A stretch of DNA of 64,000 nucleotides from Podarcis cretensis. Lineage: Eukaryota. The translations under genes and the position numbers were made by a program. The notes under the pieces were generated by a model, which saw nothing but the letters and a program-made list of their open reading frames with translations, was not told where the DNA came from and did not search any database. The DNA lies in NCBI GenBank assembly GCA_951804945.1, contig OX638164.1:29822001-29886000 (forward strand). Reading direction: 5' to 3'. Each line of letters starts with the position of its first letter. The stretch's first letter is position 1. Shown here piece by piece: positions 12,913 through 27,900 of this stretch.

Positions 12913-15900
12913 TTATTTATACCCCGCCCATCTGGCTGAGTTTCCCCAGCCACTCTGGGTGGCTCCCAATCAAGTGTTAAAAACAATTCAGCATGAAGGT
13001 AAAAGGCTGCAGTGAGAAAACTCTCACCAGTAATTCAAAAAGGAAGGAGCCATTGCTTTCCCTTGGGATGGGCAAGACATGAGATCAAGGCAACAGGAAG
13101 CTTCAAAAAGACACCTCAGTGGGAACTGTGACTCCTAAGCAGAGGCAGCTAAATGATGATCTGAGGTCACGCTCTGGTTTGCTTACAGGGACCTAGAAAC
13201 CTGAGACGCTGCACCGACTCAGGCCACTTATATCAAGAGCTTTGTCCTCCCCCTCATGGTGCCAGCCAGGCACTGCATGGTCTTCTATTGTCATAGTTAT
13301 TTCCCTTCATGTGCTACCTCTTTTCCAAACCACTAGTTTGGGGGTAAATACCTGTCCTTTTGGCTGATCCACCTGCTTCATGGACTTGCTCTTCTCAATC
13401 TTATACAGCTGGGCTTTTGCTTTCTTGAGGAGGCTGGCCACCCTCTTGTCAGTCATTGGAAGTTTGTCTGCATGAGCCAGCACTGAGCTGATGGAGGAAT
13501 GTTTCACAATGTTGACTGAAGCAGCAGCTGGGAGACGCAGGGATTCTTCCTTTTCCATGGAAGGAGCAACCAATCCAAGTTCCAGACTGGATTTCTCTAA
13601 CCCCCCTCGGCCTTTCTTGGGCAGTTTGGTCTTGATGATGGCTGCTGCTGAGTCTACAAGAACCACAGCAGGCACATCTGCTGCTGGATCAGCAGTCGCC
13701 GATTTCTTCCGGCCTGCAGTTTTTTTGGCAGAAGAGGAAATGGCTACATCTTCACGGACAACTTTTCCTTTGGAAACTCGAGTCAGTGGGAACAAAGTTG
13801 AGCTGCTCTGAATCTCTGGAGCCTTTTTCCTTTTCTCTTTCCTGGACTCCCGCTTATTCTCTTTCTCCCTCTCTCTATCCCTCTCTCTGCTCTTCTCCTT
13901 CTCAAGACCTTTGTCACTTTCTTTATCTTTGGATGGTTCCTCACTGGAGGCTTTGTCTCTGTTCTTGCCCCTCTCCGTTTGGGGACTTGGTGTGAACCAT
14001 GGAAAGAGGGGAGTGGGGCTTCCGGATGAGAAAGGCTCAGCCGGAATGCTTGCCTGCTTCCTCGGTCTCTGGCTTTTCTCTGCCGACTCCCCAGGATGGG
14101 AGAGAGAATGGGAAGGAAAAGCAAAAGTGGAGTTTAAGGCACTGGTGGTAAGGGAACCCACAGGAATGCTTGTCAGCGAGGAAGAAACTGATGAGGATGG
14201 AGTGAGAGTGGACAGGTCAGAGGTGCTTAGTCTTCCACTTCTCGTCCTCATGGAGTGCGAAGGAGATCTGGGTTCTGATCGAATTGGGCTGAACCCTCTC
14301 TTCTTCCGCTTCTTTGAAGAGGATGCTGCTGCAGTGCTTCCTGCTGCTGATCGACTAACAGAAGAAGGCAAAGTTACAGACTCAAAGATGCGTGAGTGGG
14401 CCTCACTTGGAGTGAACCTTGGAGCTCGTAGCAAGGGGCTCCTTTTGTGTAGGTCGAATCTTGTTCCAGAGTGAAGAGGAGAAAACAAGCGGGCTGGAGC
14501 TGCAGCTCCAGGCGTTGAAAAACCAGAGGCAAAGCCAACATCCTCAGGGGTCAGTGGAGGAGGCCTGAAGTTATCAAAGATGGGCTTGCGGATGAGACCT
14601 TCTTTGGCATACTTGGCTGAGGAAAAGTACTGGGGTTCGGACCGAGAGTGCTTTAGAGAGGTCCAACGGAATGTTGGCTCTCGAAGAATCGACTTCCGCT
14701 TTTCTTGCATGGGAGCAGCTGAGGAGGGCAGAAAGGGCGATGCCAAAGGGATGGTGGGGGGCATAAGCCAAGGGGCATGGTCTGAAATGCCGGCAGCTGG
14801 CTGGAGCGGTGGCGGTGGGGTGAGAAGCGGTGGAGGAGGAGAGGAAGACGATGACTGCTGCTGCTGGGACACACTTTGGAGACTGGGCAGTTTTTTAGCT
14901 GCTTTGGGCACAAAATTTCTCTCTGCCATAGAAAACCTCCTCCTCCTCCTCTCGCCACTCTCGTTATCAGGGGAAGGGGATGTGGGCAACGGAGGGTGAA
15001 CTTCTGGAGTATTGCTGCGTTCTTCAGATAAGGCCTGCATCTCTTCTGAGGCCTGAGAATCTGTGGATGTGTCAACACTGGGACTGCTGGACCGTGAGGA
15101 ATCTGAAGACACCTGAGAGGAGTGCTGAGAGGCGCCGCTGGACTTCTCACTGGACCCACAAGAGGGAGCACTGAAGCGGCTATTTGGTGTGGATTCCGGA
15201 CGGGCTATTTTGATTGGTGGATCATAGTCTTCATCTTCAATGAAGCGCTTGGGAGTTTTAATGATCCGCGAAGAGATCGCACTCACCACTGGCATGATGA
15301 ACTGCCGGATGTTTTTGAGCTGCGTCCTCCCCTTCCGGCCTTGAAGCTTTGCTGCTTCTTTCTCGATCTTCTTCTGGGCCCCCTTTTTAGCCCTCTGCAA
15401 GAGTTGCTTGGCAATCGTGGCATCCGTCCTCTTGGAGGAAGGGATGATCCTCACAGGCCTGCGGGGGCTCTGCCTCACAGCTGGCTTCTCATCCTTCGAC
15501 AGGGGCGAGACCCCATCTTTCTCCTTTCGCACCTTCTGGGCCTTCTCTAATGGAGAACTCACAACTAGAGCTGGTGCAGTCTTCAAGCGATCGGAAGATG
15601 GTGGCCTTCCTCTCCTGCGTACAATCTGAACCCCTTTTCTTCCAATCTGGAGCTTTCCAGATTTGAATTTAGACTTCAGTGGAGAGAGTTTTCCTGCTCT
15701 TAGTTTCTTAATTTTTGCAGCATGCTGAAATGTAGTGGAAGGTGCTCGCTTTATTTTCTTTAGATTCTCTTTTTCCTCCTTGCCTCCTTTCTGAGCATCT
15801 GGAATGACCTCTTTGCGGGTGATCTTGAACTTCACACTGCTAAGTGCAGGAGGCCTCCCTCGTCGCTTTTCTGCACATTTCAATTCTTTCCTCTTTAATT

Positions 15901-18900
15901 TTTCCATGGAGATGGGTTCTGGTTTGCTTGAAGGTGAATACACAGGTGAGGACTCTGAGAGCACAACTGAACTTCGGTCTGAGCTGTTTCGGGGTCTCCC
16001 ACGAGGTTTGCGTGCGCTAGGCTTGACTGAGGCTGCAGGTAAAGTGAAGGAAGGGGAAAGAAAGTGCACATTCAGCTTCTCTGCAAGATGGGAATAAGTT
16101 TGTGCATTTCAAAGTCACACGGTATGCAAACAGGCTATTGAAAACAAAGAAAACAAAAGTATTTAAACAAGCATTATACATAATGCTTGTTAATTGCTGG
16201 AACCAATAGCTTCTGCTACAGGAAAAGGATTTCTCTCCAGTTGACTGTTAAAGTACTTAAGTTTTCCCTACCATGAAAGCTAGTAGCTCTGGAGATTTGT
16301 TGGTCAGTTCCACTTGTTTCTTTCCAAAAATGTAGACTAAGGATAGTATTCAGGATAAACCAAATTGAAAGCCCACTATGTATTGTTGCATTGTTTACTT
16401 TTAAAACGTTGCTCATGTTAAAGACAAATGAGAGGTATTATACAATATGCACTTGATTTGACACCTATTTAAGTACTCAACCCATCAATCCTTGCAAGCC
16501 AAAGGCCCCCCATCCCTGTAGCAGAGCTTAGTCACATCCCTACAGATAAGGCAGAGAGAGATAACATGTGTTACCTCAATTATTTGCGGCACTAGTGCAG
16601 TCTTCAGACCAGGCCCATGTAGACCGTTTTAAGAAAAAACTCCCATGAACCTGACAAGACAGTAGCAAACTGAACATACCTGTGGGAGATTTGGTGGGAC
16701 TTTGTCCTTTGGCCTCATCATCTGAACCAAAGCCTATGAACTGCTCATCCTGCAAAAGAGAGAGAGGGGCAGTTTAATAGACTGGAAATATCTACAGCAA
16801 TGCTGATTTCTTGGTCCCGGGTAAGTGGAGGATGAAAATAAGTAGTAACAAGCCCCATGGGGTGTGTGTGCTAGAGTACCACCAATGTAAGGCTATCAGT
16901 TGCTACTAGTCATGATGGCTGTAGACTAGTTCCAGTATAGGAATCAGCATACTTTTGAATACTACTGTCTGGGCAGCTGAAGAAGGACTTTGCATAAGAA
17001 TCTAGTTGGCCCCTGTGAGAATTGATGTTCTAGATGAGCCTTTGGTCTGATCCAGCTGCAGGGCTCTTTTTGTGTTCTTAATGTGCACTCAGCTATATAT
17101 GATAATGAAACTGTGTCTTACAAACCACAAGGGAAATGCTGGATAAAATCTAGGACTGAAGGGCAGGACATGAAAACGCATGAATGAAACTGAAAAGCAC
17201 CACACTGAGGCTGCCCTCTCTGGAAAGGCTATCTGACGATCACCAGCCTATGGCCACTTCTGCTGGATGGACCACATGGCAGCCACACTCCTCTTCTACA
17301 GTAACCACTTCTGCTCACCAGCACAGAACTAAATGATCAAACTCAAGGTGTGGTGTTGACCGCATCCTAAAAAGGATTATACAAACTCATTGAGGGAAGG
17401 CTTATCAATAGCTACTAGTCAGGATGGCTAAAATGGAGCTTCTGTGTCCCTGGATGCCAGTTGCTGAGAAATAATCAAGAGGGAGGGGGGTGGAGCTGCT
17501 CCCTGCATATGGGTTCCCAGGAGCATCTGAATGACTGCCAGTTACTATTATGCCAGACTAGATCCAATTCTTGTGGCCTTAACCTGAAGCTAAAAGGACA
17601 CCAGCCATCCCATCCTGCAGGTGCTAGTTCTCCCATATTTCAGGGGTGGGGGAACTCCTCTACTTGCCTGTGACATTAAACACTGCCAAAAATGAGATAG
17701 GCCACCCAAGGTCAGCATAGCAGGGAAATCCCTGTACCAACTGCGACAAGGATCCTACTTCCCCCAAGTGTAGCTCCCTAAGCAGGAAGTGGCAACTGTT
17801 CAATTATCTGAATGGAAAGAGGTGTGCTTTGGGACAAATGAGGCGGCTGACAAACCTTGCTGGCTCTGCTCATTTGTGTTCCCAGTTGCAGGCATTTTAC
17901 TTGCCCCATAAACCTTAATGGAAGAATCAACTGCAGGATTCAAACTGGATGGGAAGAGTTCACCGCTGGCAACCATTCCAAGCAGAACACCATGCACAGG
18001 GTGAAGTGGCAGGAGGGTCCCCTCTACCTCAAGCAGAAAGAAGCCACTATGGTGTCAGGACCAGGATAGCCTAAACTGGAAGTGCCATTCCTGCCTGCTA
18101 GGTCTGACAGGAGGAGGGCTGGAACTACACCCCCAATGAAAGAAAGAGAGGAGGAGGCACCTGTGGCAGCCTTTGACTCATACAGTGGTACCTCAGGTTA
18201 CATATGCTTCAGGTTACAGACTTTGCTAACCCAGAAATAGTACCTCAGGTTAAGAACTTTGCTTCAGGATGAGAACAGAAATCGTGCTCTGGCGGTGAGG
18301 CGGCAGCAGGAGGCCCCATTAGCTAAAGTGGTGCTTCAGGTTAAGAACAGTTTCAGGTTAAGAATGGACCTCTGGAACGAATTAAGTACTTTAACCCAAG
18401 GTACCACTGTATTCCAAGCTCTTTACATCTAGCAAGCCTGGAGGCTTATGGTGATCACTTAACTCAAGGTCATCCAGAGGACCAGCCTTCATTTTTGTGT
18501 GTGCACTCCTTCAGCATACTTTTTTGGGGTAAATGGAGTACCCTGGCTTTGCCCAGAACTACAGGTGTTGCTTCCAGTTCTCCATGTTTAACTATAGCAG
18601 GTCACCCTTGCAATCTGTTGTTCCCAGGGAATGCAGATCATTCCATTGCCACCTAAAGGATTTTCCAGAATACAGCTCTGTGTATGTGCACAAACATACC
18701 CCCCCACACACGTGTACTTGATATAGGAAGAAACATTAATTCTGGGAAGAGCTGTGCTGCAGGCCATAGCTAGGAACAGCTGATTCAAGATGAGAGTCAT
18801 CTGCTGGAAGTCAGTTCTAGAAAAGCAACTTGAGGAACAGCTGCTTTTGGGCTGCCTTTCTTCAAAATTCACAACACTGGACTGCAAAGAGGTGGCTTGT

Positions 18901-21900
18901 TTTTCAGCATTACGTCAAGCAGCAAATTCTCTTACTAGCATTGGCAGGAGGGAGGGGTAGGATGTGTACAGAAAAGCAGGCAACATGCCTGCAGATTTCT
19001 CTAAAGCAGAATATTTCATGAAGGATAAATTCAGCTGCAGCCTCTGCATCTGAGCTGAATCAAGCAGAGCTGCGTAAAGAGAATTGCTGTGGTGAAAGCG
19101 CATCACTCACAGGCCCTGGTTTTGCACACAGCACTGCAAAGAGCAGCAGCTTCATCATATCTCCTCTGCCAGCCACTCCCCTTGGACACGTGGGGCTCCC
19201 TGCAAGAAGTAAACAATGTTCGGCTGAGGAAGGACTGAGGCTTCCTCTACAAAGCTGGCCGAAAATTACAGCTGGTTAATATCAACAGAGACTGCTCTGC
19301 AAAGCACAAGGGTAGCCTTTGTAGCTGCTAAGCTGGGAGAAAGATCCATGGACAAGCAAGCAGGGAGAGAAGTTTGGGCATGTGACCAAAGCTTCAATTC
19401 TTCCATTTCCCCCTTCCTAGAAAGCAAGTACATCAGCCCCAGGTATCCTGAAAGGAACAGCAGCCTTGACTAACAGCTGGAAAGCCAAAGTTGGGCTCTA
19501 ACCAGCTTCAAGGGAGGCAAAAAGATCAAAGGCTGTAAATCCTCCAGCCACTCTTTGCAATGATTTCCTGCTGTTGTGAGTCCAACTTAATGAGGAAGAG
19601 AGGGAAGCAGAAAGGCAAAGCAATTCCAGACTATCTAGGGATGGAATCTGGTTATCCCAGTCCTCAGCTCTGTCTCAAAACACTTCAACAACACTTTGTG
19701 CCTTCATATTTCAGCAACTCATCTTAATCCCTCCAAGCAACAAATTCTGGATCACAACCGCATATCACTGAATTTCTGGCCTGCAGTACTGTTCCGTGCT
19801 CAGCCACTGAAATCTTTTCTGTTTTGATCGCCAGCCACCAAGAAGCAGAACCCTGAGCCTAGTTGCAGCTTTCTACATTAAGAATGGGATAGGTGTTTGA
19901 ACAATTAAAGAATGCAATGTAAGGGCATATATTTAAACTGTTACATAAATTATGATATAACATTTGGCCAGACCATATAGAAATCTTTCCTCTAGAGCCT
20001 TGTCAACCATCTTGAACATAATCATTTTTATGCATAAGTCTTCTTATTCTACTGGGTATAAAATGATCCCAAAGTGAAAGTTTGATATTTTTCTTCTTTA
20101 CCAGTAAGCATCCCACACCTAAGCTCTGTAATATACAACCCCTTTATATTGTTTTTGCATGATTTCATTGGTGTAGGTTGTTAAATACTGTGACCTTATC
20201 TGACAGAGATCCTTTCGGAAAGACTCTTTCTCTTGTATATTACAAGTGCACCAGAGTTGCCCCCTTCTTATTTATACCAAGTTGTGTGGGAAGAAGGTTT
20301 GCCATGGCACTATCCCACTGCCCGTGGGGGTGTATGTATGAAAACATCACAAACATGTCAGTTCTCTTCTATCTGATCAGCTGGTGAGAAATAGACAATA
20401 GACCAAAAACAAAACAAAACAACCCAAAAAACCCCCACAACCAACCCAAAAAACATTCCTTGACCTAACCTTTCCTTCCATGGTTCCTTTTATCCTCCTT
20501 TCCCCATGTTTTCTCAGTTCACTTTGTCTATCGCAACAACCTTTATATACTTTATTATTTCTTACTCTGCTGAAAATCTTCCCATCCTGATAGGTAAATT
20601 GTTTACTTATAGTACTTTCCCATATATTCCATAAACAACATCCAGTCCTCTTTATAGATTTTGCCATTTTGGTTTCTTATTCTAGTGGTCATCCCTGCTA
20701 GCTCTGCATATAACAGTTTAATGTGCCATTCACTCAGCAGTAGGTTAGAGGGCCGAACACCCTCTTTTACAAAATATGAAAATGGAGATTCATCAGCTTC
20801 TGTCTGATGTGACAGATTCTTTCACTTTCAAGGGGCCTTATATAATAATTCCTGTCTTGGGTGAAGCCAACATAGCCGTGGATTGGGTGAAGCTGCAATT
20901 TTCTTTTAATCAGTCAAGAGCTTCATGGTCTGAGTATACGGAGGCTGCACTCCTGGATCTCAAAGCCTTTTTCTGCAGCCACTCAAGTCACCAGGCTTGA
21001 AAAGAGTCTCCCTTCTTTCCCTTCCCTTGCTTTGTAAGAGACAATTCCTCCATCCCTACCCACAAGCATCTCCAGTGGGAATCTAGTGAACGATGACTCA
21101 GGAGCCAGTGATTTAAGGTGGAAAAATTCCCAGTGCTTTTATTTTTCCACAGAAACTCTTCCGTTTCATAAGTTCACTATTAACAACGAACAGATGCCAA
21201 CTGCAAACAAAACATTAGGCAAGATTGACAGTTTCAACATTTTTAGCTTTGCTTCCTAAACACAAGTAAAACAGACATGATGAATTCGATTAGTCTCTAG
21301 GGCATCAGAAAATTTTCTGATTCCAACTGATTTTTTCTCTCTAATGCAAACACCTTATGCAAATCTGGGTAATTTGTACAGGATCCCCCCCCCCATAAAA
21401 CTCAAATCACTCCCAGGGACTGTTGTGTCTTCTTAGAACTGAGACAAAAGTGGAACCCATCTAGCTATGTTCCTTAAGCTTTAAAACAGGACAACTGTAG
21501 AAGGCTCTCCACCCTATCTGAGTGACCCAACAGCAAAATAAAGTCAATTGGGATTACAAAACGGTTGAGTATATATCATGCTGACCCCCCAAGTAAGTTA
21601 GAAATGGAAAAAGAGATTGCAAGTCTGTAAGGCTTTGGGAGGCTTTAGAAAAACAACATGGCCCAAGCTGAGCTTTGCAGACAGACCAGAAGCACTCCAT
21701 GTTTAAGGAGGCCATAGATTTGCTGAAGAAAGCCAGTCCAAGTTACCAGAGAAACAGGTGCATGAGACAAGGATCTTATTGTGCCAGCACTTAGAGGATT
21801 TATCAGTTTCAATGTAAAAGCATTCCCTCAACATACCTTGGCTTTTTGTTTCTCCTTCAGGAGCCAAGAGGAAAATGCAGCACCTTCTATATTAGATGAA

Positions 21901-24900
21901 GCAGCAATGAACCTAACTGACAGAGAAGCTCCAGAAAGAACAGCCTTTGCAGTAGCAGCAGCATTGCAACAGGGAGCCTGCTTCCCACCTACTTAAGAAG
22001 CTGGGGCTATGATACGGGTCTGTGCTACAGCAGAAGCCAGGCAGCCCAAGGAAAAGCAAAGGGGAATAAGTAGGCTACACTGCTTTATAGCCCCCACAAG
22101 TCGTGACTCCAGTTTGGGTGCTGTCCCTTCCTGCAGAAAGTGTCAGTTGGGAAGGGCTTTCCCCCAGCCTTCTCATATCTTTTGGCATTATTGTCTTCAG
22201 ACTTCCCCATTTTCTGAGGCTCTTCATCCTGGCTTTTAACACCTGAGGTGTACATTTTAGGACATGCATTATTTCTGTAATCTTAAGTTGTTTTAAATTA
22301 TTTTTAACATCGTGTTTTAATAGCTGTAATGAAAATGGGTAATAAATTATAATGCTAATAATAATAGCATGCAAACCTTTCACTAATTAAGTTTTTCAGA
22401 TGATTCAAATAGTTATGCAGAAATGATAATTCTCCCAAGATCCATCTAGAGTCCTGGCAGACTTTCCTCTCTTAAAGGATTAACTTCCATCACAAAGGAT
22501 AAGTCTTCTTCCCTGTTTCCTGATTTCTAATCTTTATGTATCACTTTTTGGTGTAAGTGCATAAAAGGGAGGAAATAAAAGAAAACCACCCTAAATATTT
22601 TTTTTTAAAAAAACTATAAATAATAAAAACAAAGGTCAATAGTTAAGACTTAGCTAAATACAAATAAAGAGAGTGTGCGTCTTTAAATGGTATTTGGGGG
22701 CCAATCCAAAGCTTCAGAAATCCAAAGATTCCTGGTTGCAGCCTAGGGGCTTCTGACAGCCCAAAACAACTGCCCCCACTTCTTGTCCCCAGGTTCCCAA
22801 CTAACCGTGCAGCCACAAAAGAATGCCAAAGCCACAGCAAGGAACACAACTTATATATAAATGACATACACAGTGGAGCTCCATCACTTGAAATAGACAA
22901 CAAGCAGCCAAGACTAATAACAAAGTAGGAATAATGTTAAGTCTTCTATCAGAACCCTTACACTTCTAGACTCCCCCTGGAGTCCAGACACAAACACACC
23001 CCAGGAAGCTCCTTCAACAGGGACTGCAAGGATAAGGGATCCCACAGGTGTGCAAAGGAGTGCGGAGCCGGTGCTTAAAAAGTTTACGCAATTATTCCCA
23101 GGTGTTTACAATGCAATTTAAAATACATAAACATCAACAATATTCAAGAAAGGCAATACAAAACAACAACATGTTAACACAATTCAGCTATCACCCTGAG
23201 AAAGCATCAGAGAAGGAAACCATCATACCAGTGGCTAAATTATCATTTCATTAAAATGGTAAGAGAATCAGATATTGGCTGTTTATTGTCTATGCCAAGT
23301 TAAAACCTGATAAAGCTTTTTTTTGGGGGGGGACACTGTAATTATGATTATTTTATTATTATGCTGTTTGCTATTATGCTTTTTGTTATGTTTTTATTTT
23401 TACGCTCCATAAAATGTTTTCTTAATGTTGTACACTGCCCTTGGATCTTTGGATCAAGAGTGGTATATAAATTGAATTAATCGTCGTTGTCATCCTGGGA
23501 TAGCTCAGTGAGTAAAGCATGAGACTCATCTCTGCGTTGTAGGTGGACTAGATGACCCTCATGGTCCCTTCTAACCCTATGATTCTAATAAGCTGGGCAT
23601 CTGGTAGAATTTGTGGAGGGTGTTCCATAGATAAAAACGTTCTAGCTTCTGTTGCCTTTCCAGTCTGTGCGACAGACAGTCATGCAACGGGTGCAGGAAT
23701 CTGCAGCATGCAGACAAAGTAATAGAAACTTCTGCATTTGTTACTTCTCTACCTGTCATGCAGCTTTCAAGAGCACAGCACAGGAATCTTGCAAGACCAA
23801 TACTACTGGTGAGCCCATTCACCTAAACCCTTCCACAACTGGCACATTTCAACAAAAGCTGTGCCTCTGCTCTTGTGATAGTTAACAAATAAGGAACCAG
23901 CACCCCCTACAGCTGTCATGTGCTAAAGAGAAAAAACTCCACCAGCCCAGGCCAAGGAGGGTCTGCATATCCTGATTAACATCTTGCATCAGCCATGCTG
24001 AGGGACACCCCACTCACCCAGAGAATCCAAAGGCGGAAGACCCAACGACACTTGGATACCTCCTTCCCTGCTCCAACAGCAGAGACAGTGATGAACCTGA
24101 ACTGAAGGCAGAGCAAATGGTTCAACACACATCTAGCAAAATGAGACCAACCATCCCTGGGCCCTACTCAGGAGGACAAAGGGGGAAAAACCTGAAACAT
24201 ACTCCAGATCTAGAGGGCAGCTATAATAACTATTGCATGCTGCCTGTCCTTGCTGCTGCAACACCCTTTTCTTTCTCTAGCTTGAATCCTTGGCTGGACA
24301 GCTCCCTGCCTGCTTTGGCACACCTTGCATTCATTGCCTGACCAGCTTCCCAGCCTCATATGACAGGAAATCCATCCACCCCACTCATGGTTGCTGAGGA
24401 GACAGCAATTCAGTCCCCTCCCAGCCTTGTCCAGCCCAGTTAACTCCTGGTGCGATAATTAACGTAGCAGCTGGGCTCAGTTTTGGAGGGTCCTAACAGT
24501 GCTTTGAGAAAATCGTCAGCAGACATTGGTAATTATCCTAACAAAAAGGGTATGTCAATGAACCGGATGTCGGGACAGGGTATCTTGTGGCATGAATGAG
24601 TCAGTTATCTGAACAAGGCTATTGGAGAGTAATTTCAGTTGCTGCACTATCTGGTATGAGTCTAACCCAGCAGACTGGTACCAGGAATTGAACCCATGAT
24701 CTCATGTATGCTAAACAGCGCAATGCCACAACATAGGCACTTTTAAGATTGGGGTGGAAGACATCTCATGGATGGAGTGGGGGGTAGGAAGAGGTACATG
24801 CCAGGAGCTTGGCCCCAGAAGATCAAAACGTCCCAACCATAGTTGTTGTTTTTTCTTCTCATTTACAGGCTCCTGCATTATGTGAGTATGGCAGGGATAG

Positions 24901-27900
24901 CCAATGTGGTGCCCTCCAGATATTGCTAGACTCCCAACTCCCATCAGCCCCATTCAGCTTAGTCCATGGTCAAGGATGATGAGAGTTGTAGTTCAACTAA
25001 TGTCCAGAGGGTAGTATTGGTTATCTCTGGGTTAGGTTATCCCTCTCTGGTCCAGGAAGCCCCACCCCTAGTACTGCTACCTCACCCTTTTCCCCATCTA
25101 AAGTTACTGCTGCTCACAAAGGGGAGCTTCCCCCCTTGTGGAGGTCACAAACACATTGCTCCTGGGAAGCTCAAAGGGTGGCTTCCTGCAAGCTTGCTGA
25201 TATAGCTTCCATTCTTGTTTGTCTGCTTGGTTCTTCCTAGCCAAAAACACCCCTCACCTCACAATACAAACATATTTTGTGCAGCATTACTTGTATTGCC
25301 TATGTAGTATTGCTGGCCCCATAGCAGGACTTAACCTTACTCCTGGGAAGCCTCTTATTGCTGAGCACTGGGATGCCTTTACTGGAGGAGGTGCTCTATT
25401 TCTGGGAACTAGAATATGACTATGGGGTGGAAAGAGTGTTTCTGCTGGTTCCTGTAAGTTGATTGGTGCATTGTGTGCATTGCTAATGAGGGGATCTCAT
25501 CACCAATTGATGGACGGCACCAGAGCTTTTACGGATGCTCTGGGAGTTCTGTCAGTGTCATTACATTTTTGTATTTGTTTGCACAGTTGTTGTTGTGCCA
25601 CTGATTGTTGTTGTGTTACTGACTAGGCATAGAAACATAACTATATTAAACCAGCACTGAGTTTAATGTGCCGAGTTTAACTCTTTCCCAGAACAATCTC
25701 ATGTAGCAGGAGCATAGAATGGGAGCCCCTACCCATTATGACCTTGATAAATTATTTTGGGGGGGAAGGGGGGGAACAGTCTTTTGGCTTTCTTGGTCTC
25801 CAGGAATGCTGTTTAAGATAAGACAAGATACTCTTTATGTTGGTTGTTTTTACTTTGAGCAACTCATAAGTTTTACAAATAAATAAATTCCTCTTTCTTC
25901 AAAGATGCTCTATTAATTTTACTCCAGCAAAGTCCTATTGGACAGAGGTAGCACCTTTCATTTGTCTGCCATAAAGCACCTTTTTTGCAGAAGTCAATAC
26001 AAGCCCAAGTGATAAAGACTGACTTGCCACTCACATATTCCCCTGTTCCCCAAGTGCCAAGATCTTCTTTGGAAACGAAGTCTGCAGAGCCTGAGAAGGT
26101 GTTTTGTACACAGAAAGCTGCAAGGTTCCAGGGAAGACTGGGGGCTGATGTTTTACTAACAGGAGCCAATAACACATCCAGCAGCTTAGCGCTTGAGGTT
26201 TAATTATGCAGGATGCTGCCAGATGGACTTTGGTAATATAGTGCCCTGAGCAGGGACAAAATCCTCCCCAAGTATTTCTTATTTTCACAAAAATTCCTTT
26301 TAGAACAGTTGCTTTTTAATGGATATTCTCAATATTATTATTATTTTGCAATCCCTTGGCTTGGCACTCTAAGCGAGGGAACTGGCTGCAGCACCCTAAA
26401 CCCAGCGCTGATGCCAACTGAGAACATACTACCAGCTGACCAGAAGTACAGCATACCAAGCAACAAAGTTGCTATGCTGTCAGTGTAAAATGTACAATTC
26501 TGACTGGCAACATATCAAAATTATGAAAGAAAAATATATTCAAACACAGTTCTGACCATCCCTTCCTGCAATGATTTCAATAAAGTTCTTTAGCTTGCCT
26601 CCTAAAAAATTATGATCCATTCACAATTACAGTGCAATAGTGACATCACTGTTTTAGGTTACTTGTTTGTTTGATATCCTGTCCTTCAGTTGAACTTTGA
26701 AGGGGGAATTACAGCATATAATGGTAATAAAAAAGAAAAACATAACAGCTGCAAAAAATTAATAAGATTCCCAATGGAATAGCCTAAAAAGAAAGTAGTA
26801 TTAAAAGACCTCTGATGGGTACCAGAAAGGCAATTCAGATGTCATTTACATGCTAAGCTTCTTTCTCAAATACTTAAAACTCAGATGAAATAGCAAAAAT
26901 TAATTTTTTCATCAATGTTGACTTAAAGTTGTATGAAACAAGTTCAGCATTCTTAAACTTAAGTTTTTATGGGGGAGAAATAAACAGATGTGGGTTATAA
27001 CATCTGTTGCTGAAAGAGAACAGAAGCTGCTCTGCTGCTCAGAGCACTTAAGTGGCCAATTCTCTGCTATATCACTGAAAGGCCTCAGAAAGGAAATAGG
27101 CTCTGCCAGAACAAAAGATGCAGGACCATCAAAATCTCTGTCACTAAGGAAGGTGTGGCATATTGATATTAATATCAAATAATTTGAAATGAGTGGGACA
27201 TGCCCCCGTCATTCAAATAATTTTGCATGCAATTAATTTTAGAAAAGTTGCGATAACATCAAGCACCCCAGTGGCAACTTCAGTCTAAATTTCTTCAAGC
27301 CCTACCTGAATAAAACAAATCCAAACTGGAAGATCTAAGATAATAAGTGACATATTCGCAAGAAAGGTTCCTTATCAAGTATGTGCCGCTGCATTGATGT
27401 GTACTGATTCATCTGTAAATAACTAGGGCTCCATATTTTACATGAGCAGAGGTCCACATATTTTTAAAAATTACTACATCTACACAATTTGGTTAAATCA
27501 AATGTATTCTGTCTCTGAATAGGACCACTTTACTGAGCATATGTCCAAAGTTTATTTTAAAAATGTAAAATGGAAAGTTTTTTTCTTAAAACATGTAACT
27601 GCCCTAATATGTCTCAGCTAGGTTAGTCCAGCTATCCTAATAGCAACACAGCTGTTTTAACAATGTTTTCACTAGAACACCCCACTTTCCCCCAAAAGAG
27701 TAATGACTGAAAGAGCTGCCTATTTGAAGGACTCCTTTAGGAAAGAAAGAACAATAAACTCAATAAAGTGGTTGGGACTGGATGTATGAAAAACCCAAGT
27801 TCAATTGTCTGGGCCTGGAAGCTAATCTTTCTCATTTATAAGCTATTTTTAAGAAATGAAGTGATACTAAAATGAGCCCCGTACCCATTTCTCTTGAGCT

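Noticed and set aside
13491-16097. Plus-strand ORFs antisense to KMT2A exon 3
   Set aside because: Shadow ORFs of the coding strand
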